Positions 1 to 10,541 of a DNA stretch of 64,000 nt are shown in pieces. The notes below the pieces were generated by a model. It was not told the DNA's origin and made no database searches. It saw only the letters and a list, made by a program, of their open reading frames with translations. A program made the translations under genes and the position numbers. Source of the stretch: Blepharisma stoltei ATCC 30299 (taxonomy: Eukaryota; Protista; Ciliophora); NCBI GenBank assembly GCA_965603825.1, contig CBFDEM010000005.1, positions 62,001 to 126,000 on the forward strand. The letters run 5' to 3'. Numbering within the stretch: the stretch's first letter is position 1; each line of letters opens with the position of its first letter.

Positions 1-2
1 AG

Positions 3-1139
3 GCTTTATATCCAGACTTTTTTATAGAAAATAATGACCTTGTAATGAATTTAGACTTGCTTCAAGAGCAAAATGTAATTCATATACTCCTTTACTCTGC
101 AGTCATGCTCCAATGGCTTTCTTTGAACCCGACAGTCTTATTTTCTGTAGATGATCTCAACAAAGGCACTGTTTTTGATAAATTTGCTATAAATAGAATG
201 AGGGTAAATCTTGTAATTCTCTCAAGTTGCGAAGGTATTAATTGTTTGACAAATCAAAACCTCAACGATAAAATTAAGACACTCGCAAGAACTTTAGCAC
301 TCTATTTCTATATTAGAGCACAAGGTGGCAGTATTACTCTCAATTTAAATTTGTTAAGAGATGAAAATTATGAATGAAAAATACGTCAAATTTTTCAAAA
401 GAATGGGAAATTAGAAGCATTTTTAAGAAATCTTTATCACACAAGCATTTGCAAGGAAGTTTATAGAAAAATTATACCTGCTGAAAATGAAAGTGATTTC
501 GAAGCCAAACTTGAAGAACTCTTTAATTATGTGATAGAGAATTCATATTATGCTCACCTTCCAACAGGTCTATATGGGCTCACAGCAATTGGCCGCAAAA
601 TATTCATATCATGCGAATACACTCCAGAAAAAGAAGAAGTAAAAGTAGTAGAGGAAGAAAAAAAGAAAGAAAAAGAGGTAAATAAAGAAGAAGCAAAAAA
701 TGTGCGTAATGTAGAAGTCCTAAATAATTACTCAGAATATAAATTTAGATTTGGACCTACATTAATTATACTTTTGCACGAAATAGCACATCTTTCTTCT
801 AGATTTTGGGAACAGCAAAATTCTTACTTTAGAATCACACCCAGAGACTACAAAAGCCCATCAGATCCTGAAAGATCATATGGAGAAATAGGAAACTATC
901 TAGAGACACTGCTCTTTGATGATAGGCTGCAAGCTCTTTATAGTGGAGGGGAAGAAGTTTTATTAAAAATTCGTAATTGAAACTTGCCGATTGAGAGGTT
1001 TAAGGCTAAATTCCTAAAACAGCAAGAAGATAGCAAAGCAATGGGTGGCAAAGCGTGTATCCTTTCAAGAGGGAATGGACTAGCCAACTGTGTTAAATTC
1101 GGGAGATGTGGGATGTCTTATTGAACTTCACGTTCTTAA
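3..1139 (+). CDS. HExxH putative zinc metallopeptidase, tandem copy 1 (5' end outside window)
   Basis: ORFs 45-377 and 531-980 share a frame and join via TGA=Trp. Frame runs to TAA 1137-1139. LLHEIAH motif, then GEIGNYLE. Highly similar to copies at 1434 and 3210. Confidence 0.8.
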
Positions 1140-1230
1140 TGTTATAATCGCTAATAATCTAGAATATTGATTAATAGAAATTATCTAAATCCAGTAAGCT
1201 TGAGAAGATAATTTTATATGAATACTTTTA

Positions 1231-1380
1231 ATTATAATAGACGCTCTTAACTTAATGTAATAGCTTCTTTGTAGAGCTTAAAGTCTGTAGTCTTATCATC
1301 ATTGTTGCAGCTCATATCTGGCATTGAAAAACTTTTAATTAGCGTTATAAACAACTTTCTAAGCTCAAAATACCTGAGCT
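1231..1380 (-). pseudogene. Decayed fragment of the 3' end of the DHTKD1-like gene (source ~4968-5125)
   Basis: attataatagacgctcttaac...gagcttaaagtc...actttctaagc...tacctga aligns with 4968-5125, with indels. Confidence 0.8.
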
Positions 1381-1433
1381 GCTAGCTTATCAACGTATTA
1401 AAAGCCCCATTATTATTAAATTATAAAAATAAA

Positions 1434-2785
1434 ATGATGGTTCCGAACGATAAAACATTAGAGCTTCTTTTTAGCTACAATAAAATAGTTAAAGATCTTG
1501 TTCAAAAATCAACTGTTGAGGATCCAATGTTTCAGAGGCATGCCATTAACAATGAATACGCTATCGATATCCAGAAATGGAGTGTTGAGTATTCGGATCT
1601 GACATCTCAAGTAGAGTCAATCAAGGCTTTATATCCAGACTTTTTTGTAGAAAATAATGACCTTGTAATGAATTTAGACTTGCTTCAAGAGCAAAATGTA
1701 GTTTATGTACTCCTTTACTCTGCAGTCATGCTTCAATGGCCTTCTTTGAACCCGACAGTCTTATTTTCTGTAGATGATATCAACAAAGGCACTGTTTTTG
1801 GATAAATTTGCTATAAATAGAATGAGATTAAATCTTGCATTTCTATCAAAAAATGAAGGTATTAATTTTTTGATAAATCAAAATACTCACAAGAACATTA
1901 GCACTTTATTTCTATATTAGGGCACGAGGTGGCAGTATTACTCTCAACTTAAATTTGTTTAGAGATAAAAATTACAAATGAAAAATGCGTAAGATTTTTC
2001 AAAAGAATGGGGGATTAGAAGCATTTTTTAGAAATATTTATCACACAAGCATTTGCAAGGAAGTTTATAGAGTTATTATACGTGCTGAAAATGAAAGTGA
2101 TTTTGAAGCTAAGCTTGCAGAACTATTTGAATATGCAATAGAGAATTCATATTATGTTCACCTTCCAACAGATCTGTATGGGTTCACAGCAATTGGCCAC
2201 AAAATATTCATATCATGCGAATACACTCCAGAAAAAGAAGAAATAAAAGTAGAAGAGGAAGAAGAAGAAGAAGAAGAGGATGAGGAAGAAGAAGAGGATG
2301 AGGATGAAGAAGAAGAGGAAGAGGAAATCGAAAATAAAGAAGAAGCAAAAAATGAATGAGAAGATCAATATAACAACTTAGAATATAAATTTGGATTTGG
2401 TCCTACACTGATAATACTTTTGCACGAAATAGCGAACCTTTCTTGTAGATTTTGGGAACAGCAAAATTCTTATTTTAGAATAACACCCAGAGACTACAAA
2501 AGCCCGTCAGATCCTGATAGATCATATCGAGAAATAGGAGACTATATCGAGTCGTTACTCTTTGGTGATAGGGTGCAAGGTCTTTATTATAAAGGGGAAG
2601 AGATTTTATTATATATTGATAACTGAAACTTGCCAATTAATGAGTTTCGATCTGAATTCCTAAAATGGCAAGAATATAGCAGAGCAAGAGGTTGCAAAGT
2701 ATACGATCTTTCAAGAGAAAATGGAATAGCCAACTGTGTTAAATTCGGCAGATGTGGAATGTCTAATTGAATTTCATGCTCATAA
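1434..2785 (+). pseudogene. HExxH metallopeptidase tandem copy 2, frameshifted
   Basis: Relative to copy 1: +1 G at ~1801 (giving TAA 1803-1805) and a 20-nt deletion at ~1885. HExxH has decayed to HEIAN. No GT..AG micro-intron rescues the frame. Downstream frame 1985-2785 stays open with TGA=Trp. Confidence 0.75.
2250..2345 (+). repeat. GAA/GAG/GAT trinucleotide tract (poly-Glu/Asp), expanded in copy 2
   Basis: Encodes EEEEEEEEDEEEEEDEDEEEEEEE; the equivalent linkers in copies 1 and 3 are different E/K-rich sequences. Confidence 0.85.
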
Positions 2786-2877
2786 TGCTTAAATTCCTAA
2801 TAATAAAGGACGTTGATTAATAGAAATTATCTAAATATATAAGTTTAGAGAAGATGAATTTATATGAATACTTTTAA

Positions 2878-3180
2878 TTATAATAGACGCTCCTAACTTC
2901 AGTTTAAATAGCTTATTGATGAAGCTTAAAACTTACACTATTATCGTCATTACTACAGCTTATACCTGACCTTGAAGCAAGCTCAATTGGCTCTATAAAC
3001 AACTTTCTAAGTTGAGGCTCAAATACCTAAGCAGTCTTACATTTTCTGACTCTTCTTGTGCCTAGATTGCTTATTTCTGGAATCTTCTTTTTAGCTCGTC
3101 ATTAAGCTGATCAAATGGAAATGAGCTTAATTTGTCAATTAATAAGTAGAAATTTTATCATTTTTGAATTGCTGATCCAA
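2878..3180 (-). pseudogene. Decayed fragment of the 3' end of the DHTKD1-like gene (source ~4968-5280)
   Basis: Clear alignment, e.g. tcttctttttagctcgtcattaagctgatcaaatggaaatg and tagaaattttatcatttttgaattgctga vs 5178-5270. Multiple frameshifts. Confidence 0.88.
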
Positions 3181-3209
3181 TCCCTCTTTTGCATAATTAT
3201 AAAAATAAA

Positions 3210-4568
3210 ATGATGGTTCCAAGCAACGAAGCATTAGAGCTTCTTTTCAGCTACAATAATATAGTTATGGATCTTATTGAAAAATCAACTGTTGAGGACC
3301 CCCTGCCAGAAAAAATAAAGCAGAGACATGCCTATTCCAAGCAATACACTATTGATATCCAGAAATGGAGTGTTGAGTATTCGGAGCTGACTTCTCAAGT
3401 AGATTCAATCAAGGCCTTATATCCAGACTTTTTTGTAGAAAATAATGACCCCGTAATGAATTTAGACTTGCTTCAAGAGCAAAATGTAGTTCATGTACTC
3501 CTTTACTCTGCAGTCATGTTTCAATGGCCTTCTTTGGACCCGGTAGTCTTTTTTTCTGCTGATGATATAAACAAGGGCACTGCTTTTAATAAAACTTCAA
3601 TAGATAGAATGAAGTTGAATCTTGAAATGCTTTCAAATTACGAATGTATTGATTTTTTGGTAAATCAAAATTTCGATGATGAAATCAAAACACTCCTAAG
3701 AACTTTGGCGCTCTATTTCTATATCAGAGCAAATGGTGGCAGCATTACACTCAATTTAAATTGCTTTATAGATAAAAAGTACAAATGAGAAATATGTAAG
3801 ATTTTTCAAAAGAATGGGAAATTAGAAACGTTTTTAAGAAATCTTTATCACACAAGTGTTTGCAAGGAGGCGTATAAAAGAATTATACTTGCTGAAGATG
3901 AAAGCGATTTTGAAGCTAAGCTTGAGCAGCTCTTTGATTATGCGATAGAGCATTCATATTATGCTAACCTTCCAAAAGGTCTTTATGGGCTCACAGCAAT
4001 TGGTCGCAAAATATTCATATCAAGCGAATACACTCAAAAAAAAGAAGAAGAAACAGAAGAAAAGAAAAAAAATGAGGAAGAGAAAGAGAAAGAGGAAAAA
4101 AAAGAAGAAGAAAAAATATTATCTGAATTAGAAGCAAAAGCAAGAGATGTAAATAAAGAGGAAGAATTTGAATTTGGATTTGGACCTACACTGATAATAC
4201 TTTTGCACGAAATAGCACACCTTGCTTCTAGATTTTGGGCCCAGCAAAATTCTTACTTTATAATAACGCCAAGGGATATCAAAAGCAAATCAGATCCTGA
4301 AAGATCATATGGAGAAAGAGGAGACTATCTTGAGACGTTACTTTTTGGCGACAGGCTGCAAGCTCTTTATAGAAGAGGGGAAGAAGTTTTATTAAATATT
4401 GAAAACTGAAACGTGCCAATAGATGATTTTCAGTCAGAATTCCTAAATATGCAAGAATTTAGCAAAGCAAATGGTGGCAAAGCATGCATCCTTTCAAGAG
4501 GAAATGAAATAACCAACTGTGTAAAATTCGGCAGATGTGGGATGTCTTATTGGACTTCACGTTCGTAA
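3210..4568 (+). CDS. HExxH putative zinc metallopeptidase, tandem copy 3 (intact, 452 aa)
   Basis: ATG 3210 to TAA 4566-4568 is open with two TGA=Trp. LLHEIAH...TP...GERGDYLETLLFG. C-terminal CVKFGRCGMSYWTSRS. Confidence 0.85.
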
Positions 4569-4639
4569 AGCTTAAATTGCTAATAATAAAAAATGTTGAT
4601 TAATAGAAATTATCTAAAACTAATAAGCTTAAAAATATT

Positions 4640-4900
4640 TCGAGTCGTTACTCTTTGGTGATAGTTTTTAAGTTCTTTGCAGAGGAGTGGCAAAGGTTAT
4701 ATTAAAAATTGATAACTGAAGCTTGCCAACAGATCTATTTCAATCTCTCTTAAAAAAGAGGCAATAATATAGCAAATCAAGAATTGACAAATTATCGATC
4801 CTCTGAATATAAGAAGTAAAAGCAAACTGTGTAAAAATTCGGCAGATGGGATGTCTTATTGAAATTCGCGTTTGCAATGCTTAAATTCTGCTAATAACAG
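4640..4900 (+). pseudogene. Degenerate C-terminal fragment of the HExxH gene (remnant fourth copy)
   Basis: tcgagtcgttactctttggtgatag is identical to copy 2 (~2547). Continues to aactgtgtaaaaattcggcagatgggatgtcttattga with indels and stops. Confidence 0.75.
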
Positions 4901-4967
4901 TAAATTTTGATTAATAAATCTATAAATTTTGAGATGATAATTTATATGAATACTTTTAATTAATTAG

Positions 4968-7385
4968 CTATAATAGACGCTCTTTAACTGCAGAGTAAAT
5001 AGCTTCTTGGTGGAGCTTAAAGTCCACACTATTTCCGTCACTGCTACAACTCATCCCTGGCCTTGAAACTAGTTCAATTGGCCCAATAAATAGCTTTCTA
5101 AGCTGAGGCTCAATATACCTGAACAGGCCTACATTTTCCGGCTCTTCTTGTACCCAAATTGCTTGTTTGGGGAACCCTCTTCTTTTTAGCTCATTATTAA
5201 GCTGATCAAATGGAAATGGGCTTAACTCTTCAATTAACAGGATAGAAATTTTATCATTTTGGAATTGCTGAAGTAAATCCAGGTAAATTTTACCATTGCA
5301 AATAAATAATTTCTCACTTCCTCCATTCAAATCATTAAAGAAAAATGGCTGAAACTTTGTTCCTGGGGCTAAGCTGTCTATTTCAGATATAGCAAATTTA
5401 TTTCTTAGGCCACTTTTAGGTGTCCCTAGTATACAAGGGATTCTAAATTTCCTATGTACTTGTTCTCTTAGCAAATGGAAGTAATTTGCTGGGATGACTG
5501 AATTTACAACTCTCATATTAAATTGTGTAGATTGGGTATTATTCACAAGCTCTAAAGCTCTTCCTATTCTCGCTGAAGAATGGTCAGGACCCATCCCTTC
5601 TTGTCCGTTTGGCAAAAGAACTACAATTCCATTCTGCCTTATTCATCTTGCCTCACCTCCAGCTATAAATAAATCAATCATTGGCTGTGCCATATTAGCA
5701 AAATCTCCAAACTGGGCTTCCCATAAAACTAAGTTATTTGGGTCATCCATAGAATATCCTACCTCAAATCCAAGCACTGCAAATTCAGATAATAAGCTGC
5801 TCACAGCTCTGAACTTTCCAGGTTTTATGTCTTGGAAAGGAATATGCAGCTTTTCTGTTTCTTGGCAGTAAAACCCTGCATGTCTCTGAGAGAAAGTTCC
5901 TCTTATAGTGTCTTCTCCACAGATCCTCACATTAAATCCTTCTTGAAGCAAACTTCCGATTGCCATTGCTTCAGCTGTAGCCCAATCGACTTTATTTTTA
6001 GCTAAATTTTCAAGTCTACCTGAGATGTGTCCTTTTGCGATTATTGGGTGAATTTTGAAGTCTTCAGGGACTTTTACGCTGAGTTCAGCAATTTCTTTGA
6101 GTTTTTGGGTGTCATAGCCACTTTCAATATGAGTTTTGTTGTGTAGAGGTGTCATGTTTTGCCATGAGCCTCTAAAAGAATCGATAACTCAATTGTTTTC
6201 GTATTTTATGACATTTCCTTGAAGACTTTCTTCATATTCTTTTTGCAAATGGTCATCAAGTTGTTTTCTTATCTTATTATAGACAGCTTCTGTAAAAGTT
6301 CCTTCATTTATGAGCTCTTCAGCGTACAAAGCTGCAGCTTGCTTTATATTTTTGATGCTTTTATACATAAGTGGGTTAGTAAACGAAGGATTATCGAGTT
6401 CATTATGCCCATATTTTCGATACCCAATCAAATCAACTACAAAGTCTTTTTTAAATTTATTTCTATATAAAATTCCCAGTTTACCCATTTTGCAAGCTTC
6501 CTCAGGGCTCAGTACATTTACATGAACTATAGGCGCCCCAATAACTTTATAAACATCTGTGCAGTGTTTAGTCGACCGTAAATTCTCTTCACCAGTAGTG
6601 AAGCCAATTTGGTTATTTAAAATCATATGCATAGTTCCATTGATACTAAAATCAGGCAGATTTGCCATTTGAGCTGCTTCATAAATGATTCCTTGTCCTG
6701 AAACAGCAGCATCCCCATGATATCATAAATGTAAAGCTTCTTTTCCCGAGTCAATTTTTGACCTAGTTTTACCTATGGCCAGAGTCCCTCCAATCTCCAA
6801 ATGTGCAGGCCTATGTATCATACTAATTTTCATCCCCTTGAATTCTTTTCTCTCAAAAGTTGTTGATATCATTTGTGATACGTCATCAGTAAAATAATAA
6901 CAAGAATCGTTTAATTCTGGAGGCATTAAAGAATTGCCTTGGATATTCCAAAATACATTCCTCAATGGATAATTCATAAAGCTTGTAAGGAGAGCTAGCT
7001 TCCCTCTATGATGAAATGACAAAATAGCTGAAGACTGAGGATGCAAGTTATATTGGGCTTCAATTATCGAAAAAGTCAACGGAATAAAAGATTCCATGCC
7101 TTCTCCTGAAAAACGCTTGTATGAGCTGAATTTTTTCTGCATAAACTCTTCAAATGAGTTGCACATCTGAAGCTGCCGAAAAATATTAATTTTTTGTGAC
7201 GGATTAAGAGGAGTTGTCATGAAGGATTCGTAGTTAGTATTAAGCCAGTCTTTTTCTGCTTGAGTGAATACATGGTCAAATTCTGCTTTTACTGGGCCAT
7301 TGTACAGATCTTTGCCTGGCCGCTGGTATTTTAGTGGGTTAATTTTTGAATCCTCAGAAAACTTCCTGCTCAAAAATCGCCACAT
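4968..7385 (-). CDS. DHTKD1: 2-oxoadipate/2-oxoglutarate dehydrogenase E1 (DHTKD1-like), divergent paralog, 805 aa
   Basis: Four same-frame ORFs joined by three TGAs (6723, 6189, 5643) at or beside Trp of the neighbouring paralog (HL-W-YHGDAA, NN-W-VIDSF, EAR-W-IRQ). ThDP motif HGDAA..GQG...NNQIGFTT, GTFSQRHA, WEAQFGDF. Confidence 0.88.
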
Positions 7386-7478
7386 TTATTACCGACAGAT
7401 TTTTATATTAAACAAAATTCTTTACTGGCTGGCTGACTGTATTTATAAATGAGACCATTTATTTTCTAAAGATTCTTA

Positions 7479-9911
7479 TTAACTTTCATAAAAGTGGTTT
7501 CTAATAGACTGGAAAATAGCTTCCTGGTGGGCTTTAAAGTCGCCAGAATTTCCTTCAGAAGAGCAGCTTAATCCTATCCTAGAAATTAAATCAATCCCCC
7601 CAAAAAGTTTCCTCAGCTGAGGTTCAATATATCTGAAAACACCAGTGTTTTCAGGCTCTTCTTGGACAAAAATGGCTTTTTCTGGGAACCCTCGTCTGCT
7701 GAGTTCTGCATATAATTCATCATATGGGAAAGGAGACAATTCTTCTATCAATAAAATCGAAATTTTGTCCTGCTGGAACTGCTGTAAAAGCTCTACATAA
7801 ATTTTCCCATTACAAATGAACAATTTGTCGCTTCTCCCACCGTTAATATCTTTAAAGAAAAATGGCTTAAAACTGGTCCCAGGGCCCATAGACTCTAAAT
7901 CGGAATAAAGAAGTTTGCTTCTTAAGGCACTTTTAGGGGTCCCAAGGACTAATGGTCTTCTGAAGTCTTTTTTGACTTGTTCTCTTAATAGGTGGAAATA
8001 ATTGGATGGGATAATACAGTTGGCGACTTGTAGGTTAAGCTGTGTGGCTTGAAGGTTGTTGACTAGTTCTAGAAATCGGCCGATTCTAGCTGAAGAGTGG
8101 TCAGGTCCTGCTCCTTCTTGGCCATTAGGAAGAAGAAGCACAAGTCCGCTTTGTCGGAGCCATTTGGCTTCACCTGAGGCTATATAAGTATCAATGATTG
8201 GCTGGGCCATATTAGCAAAATCTCCATATTGGGCTTCCCAGAGGACTAGATGTTTGGGATCATCTAAAGAGTATCCATACTCAAATCCTAAGACTGCCAG
8301 CTCTGATAAAAAGCTGTTTACGACTGTAAATTTGCCTGGCTTTAGCTGTTCAAAAGGAATGAATAGTTTTTCAGTTTCCTGGCAATAATACCCAGCATGT
8401 CTTTGAGAATAAGTGCCTCTTACCGTATCTTCTCCACAGATCCTCACATTATACCCTTCTTTTAGCAAGCTTCCAAACGCCATAGCTTCAGCTGTAGCCC
8501 AATCTACTTTTCCTTCTGCAAGATTTGCTTTTCTGTTCCCTATATGTCCCTTCACAATCAGTGGGTGTACTTTTATATTTTCTGGGACATTTACAGTCAT
8601 TTCTGCAATTTCCTTCAATTTTCCTACCTCAACGCCTGTTTCTATATGCCCTTTCTTATGAAATGGAGAAATCCCAGCCCATTGGTCTTTAAAAGAATCC
8701 ACCTTGATCCAACCTTTTTCGTCCTTTTCCAGCCCCTCAATATTGCTAGCTTCAAATTCTTTATTTAAATGCTCTTCCAGCTGCTTTTTCATTTTTTCAT
8801 ATACTTTTTCATTGATAACCCCTTCATTTATAAGCTGCTCTGCATAATTTGTGGCACAGCCTTTCATTTCTCCTCTGATTACTTTATACATCAGCGGATT
8901 TGTAAAGGCAGGCTCGTCTACTTCATTGTGCCCGTATTTACGATAGCCTATTAAGTCAATGGCAAAATCATTTTTAAATAGTTTTCGGTACTCGACAGCT
9001 AATTGGGAAGCTTTTACGACCTCTTCAGGACTGTAGGCATTGACACGAAGAATTGGGGCTCCTATGATTTTGAAAATGTCGGTACAGTGTGGGCTGGATC
9101 TTCCTAAAGCTTCAGGGGTGGTAAAGCCGACTTGGTTATTTGCGACTATATGGATGCAGCCGTTTACAGAAAATCCTGGCAAATGAGCCATTTGGGTAGT
9201 CTCGTAGACAACGCCTTGGCCAGCTAAGGCAGCGTCACCGTGGATCCATAGGTGAAGGGCTTCTTTTCCGGAATCAATTTTGGCTTTGGTTTTTCCGAGA
9301 CCGACAGCGCCTCCGATTTCTAAGTGTGAAGGGTTATGAAGCATGCTGATTCTTAGACCTTTGAGCTCTGGCCTTTCTGAAGTGACTGCAATGTGTGTGC
9401 TTATGTCATCAGTAAAGTAAAACTCTTTTTCATTTAATTGTAAAGGCAAAACTGAATTTCCTTTGATTTTCCAGAATAAATTCCTAATAGGATAATTCAT
9501 AATGCTAGTCAAGACAGCTAGCTTTCCTCTATGCGCAATTGACATTATTACGTTTGAGTTTGGCTCAGACCCATGCTGAGATTCAAGGACTGAATAAATA
9601 GATGGGACCAAGGCTTCTAGGCCTTCTCCAGAATACCGCTTATAAGTGCTGAATTTTTTGTGTACAAAGCGTTCAAAGCTCTCTGCCATCTGAAGAAGAC
9701 GTAAAGTCTGGATTTTTTGTGAAGCTTTAAAAGGAGACTCCATAAGGTTTTCATAATTAGAAATCAGCCATTCTTTTTCCTCAGAACTACGGACATGGTC
9801 AAACTCTACTTGTATAGGGCCACCATAGGCGCTGTGTCCTGGATTAGGGTATTGGAGTGGATTTGTTTTGGGATGTTCTGTGGAAAACCGTCTAATTACA
9901 TATCTCCACAT
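7479..9911 (-). CDS. DHTKD1: 2-oxoadipate/2-oxoglutarate dehydrogenase E1 (DHTKD1-like), 810 aa
   Basis: KRYSGEG, HRGKL, NPSHLE, HGDAALAGQG, NNQVGFTT, GHNEVDEP, DWATAEA, WEAQYGDF, GPDHSSARI. Motif context (PEALGRSS.HCTD, SPEEVV) resembles DHTKD1 more than OGDH. Confidence 0.92.
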   Translation of the reverse strand: MWRYVIRRFSTEHPKTNPLQYPNPGHSAYGGPIQVEFDHVRSSEEKEWLISNYENLMESPFKASQKIQTLRLLQMAESFERFVHKKFSTYKRYSGEGLEALVPSIYSVLESQHGSEPNSNVIMSIAHRGKLAVLTSIMNYPIRNLFWKIKGNSVLPLQLNEKEFYFTDDISTHIAVTSERPELKGLRISMLHNPSHLEIGGAVGLGKTKAKIDSGKEALHLWIHGDAALAGQGVVYETTQMAHLPGFSVNGCIHIVANNQVGFTTPEALGRSSPHCTDIFKIIGAPILRVNAYSPEEVVKASQLAVEYRKLFKNDFAIDLIGYRKYGHNEVDEPAFTNPLMYKVIRGEMKGCATNYAEQLINEGVINEKVYEKMKKQLEEHLNKEFEASNIEGLEKDEKGWIKVDSFKDQWAGISPFHKKGHIETGVEVGKLKEIAEMTVNVPENIKVHPLIVKGHIGNRKANLAEGKVDWATAEAMAFGSLLKEGYNVRICGEDTVRGTYSQRHAGYYCQETEKLFIPFEQLKPGKFTVVNSFLSELAVLGFEYGYSLDDPKHLVLWEAQYGDFANMAQPIIDTYIASGEAKWLRQSGLVLLLPNGQEGAGPDHSSARIGRFLELVNNLQATQLNLQVANCIIPSNYFHLLREQVKKDFRRPLVLGTPKSALRSKLLYSDLESMGPGTSFKPFFFKDINGGRSDKLFICNGKIYVELLQQFQQDKISILLIEELSPFPYDELYAELSRRGFPEKAIFVQEEPENTGVFRYIEPQLRKLFGGIDLISRIGLSCSSEGNSGDFKAHQEAIFQSIRNHFYES

Positions 9912-9964
9912 ATTTTATATGTAATTACCTAAGAAGAATTATATGAGATAATATTGTAATAAAA

Positions 9965-10402
9965 ATGCTAAAAGTAGCTTTACTGATACTTATGGCTTGT
10001 ATTTGCGAAGGGAAAGAGCCTAATGAGAATGGGAAATTGAAAAGAGAAGAATCTTGTATGACCCTTATTGAGCACATGCCTAAGATGGACAGGAAGAGAT
10101 TTGAAGAAACTGTAAGCCTTCGCCCAGATTTAAGAAAACGTGAGCTTCAAGAAAAACTCCTAGAAAAAGCTTTCAATTATTGTATGACACGAATTTCAGA
10201 CAGCCAAATCAAAGAAATTCTAGAATTTCGCCCTAAAAAGTTCAGAAATTTTTTCGAGCTCGTCCCACTTGAAGTTGAAAATATAAATAATCCTGAAGAT
10301 TTAGCATTGGATCCAGACTGGAATACAATGAAAAAAGAAATCAGAAGTAGATTAAAAAGGAATAGGGGAAAGCGCTTTACAAATCTCCCTAATGATCTTT
10401 AA
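9965..10402 (+). CDS. Hypothetical protein with N-terminal signal peptide (145 aa)
   Basis: Clean ATG-TAA ORF; hydrophobic N-terminus MLKVALLILMACICEG; ends PNDL (possible ER-retention-like signal). Confidence 0.7.
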   Translation: MLKVALLILMACICEGKEPNENGKLKREESCMTLIEHMPKMDRKRFEETVSLRPDLRKRELQEKLLEKAFNYCMTRISDSQIKEILEFRPKKFRNFFELVPLEVENINNPEDLALDPDWNTMKKEIRSRLKRNRGKRFTNLPNDL

Positions 10403-10541
10403 CTTAACATTCTATTATTTATCTTTAATTATACTTGAAGGTTTCCTTTTTTGCCATTTAAAATTCCTTTTATTATCTATATTTCAATAAATTTTATTAG
10501 GCTTACTTATCATTATATTTTTCTATTATTCTATATTTCAA

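Noticed and set aside
1-4900. Array as a transposon or CRISPR-like repeat
   Set aside because: No terminal inverted repeats, transposase/RT motifs or short repeat-spacer periodicity; the units are gene-sized duplications.
4968-7385. Pseudogene or selenocysteine reading of in-frame TGAs
   Set aside because: TGAs align with Trp, not Cys, and the frames are otherwise intact.
5494-8954. Plus-strand ORFs (5494-5871, 6219-6470, 6310-6525, 8194-8388, 8413-8661, 8544-8768, 8769-8954)
   Set aside because: Antisense shadows of the dehydrogenase genes; their mutual similarity only mirrors the paralogy.
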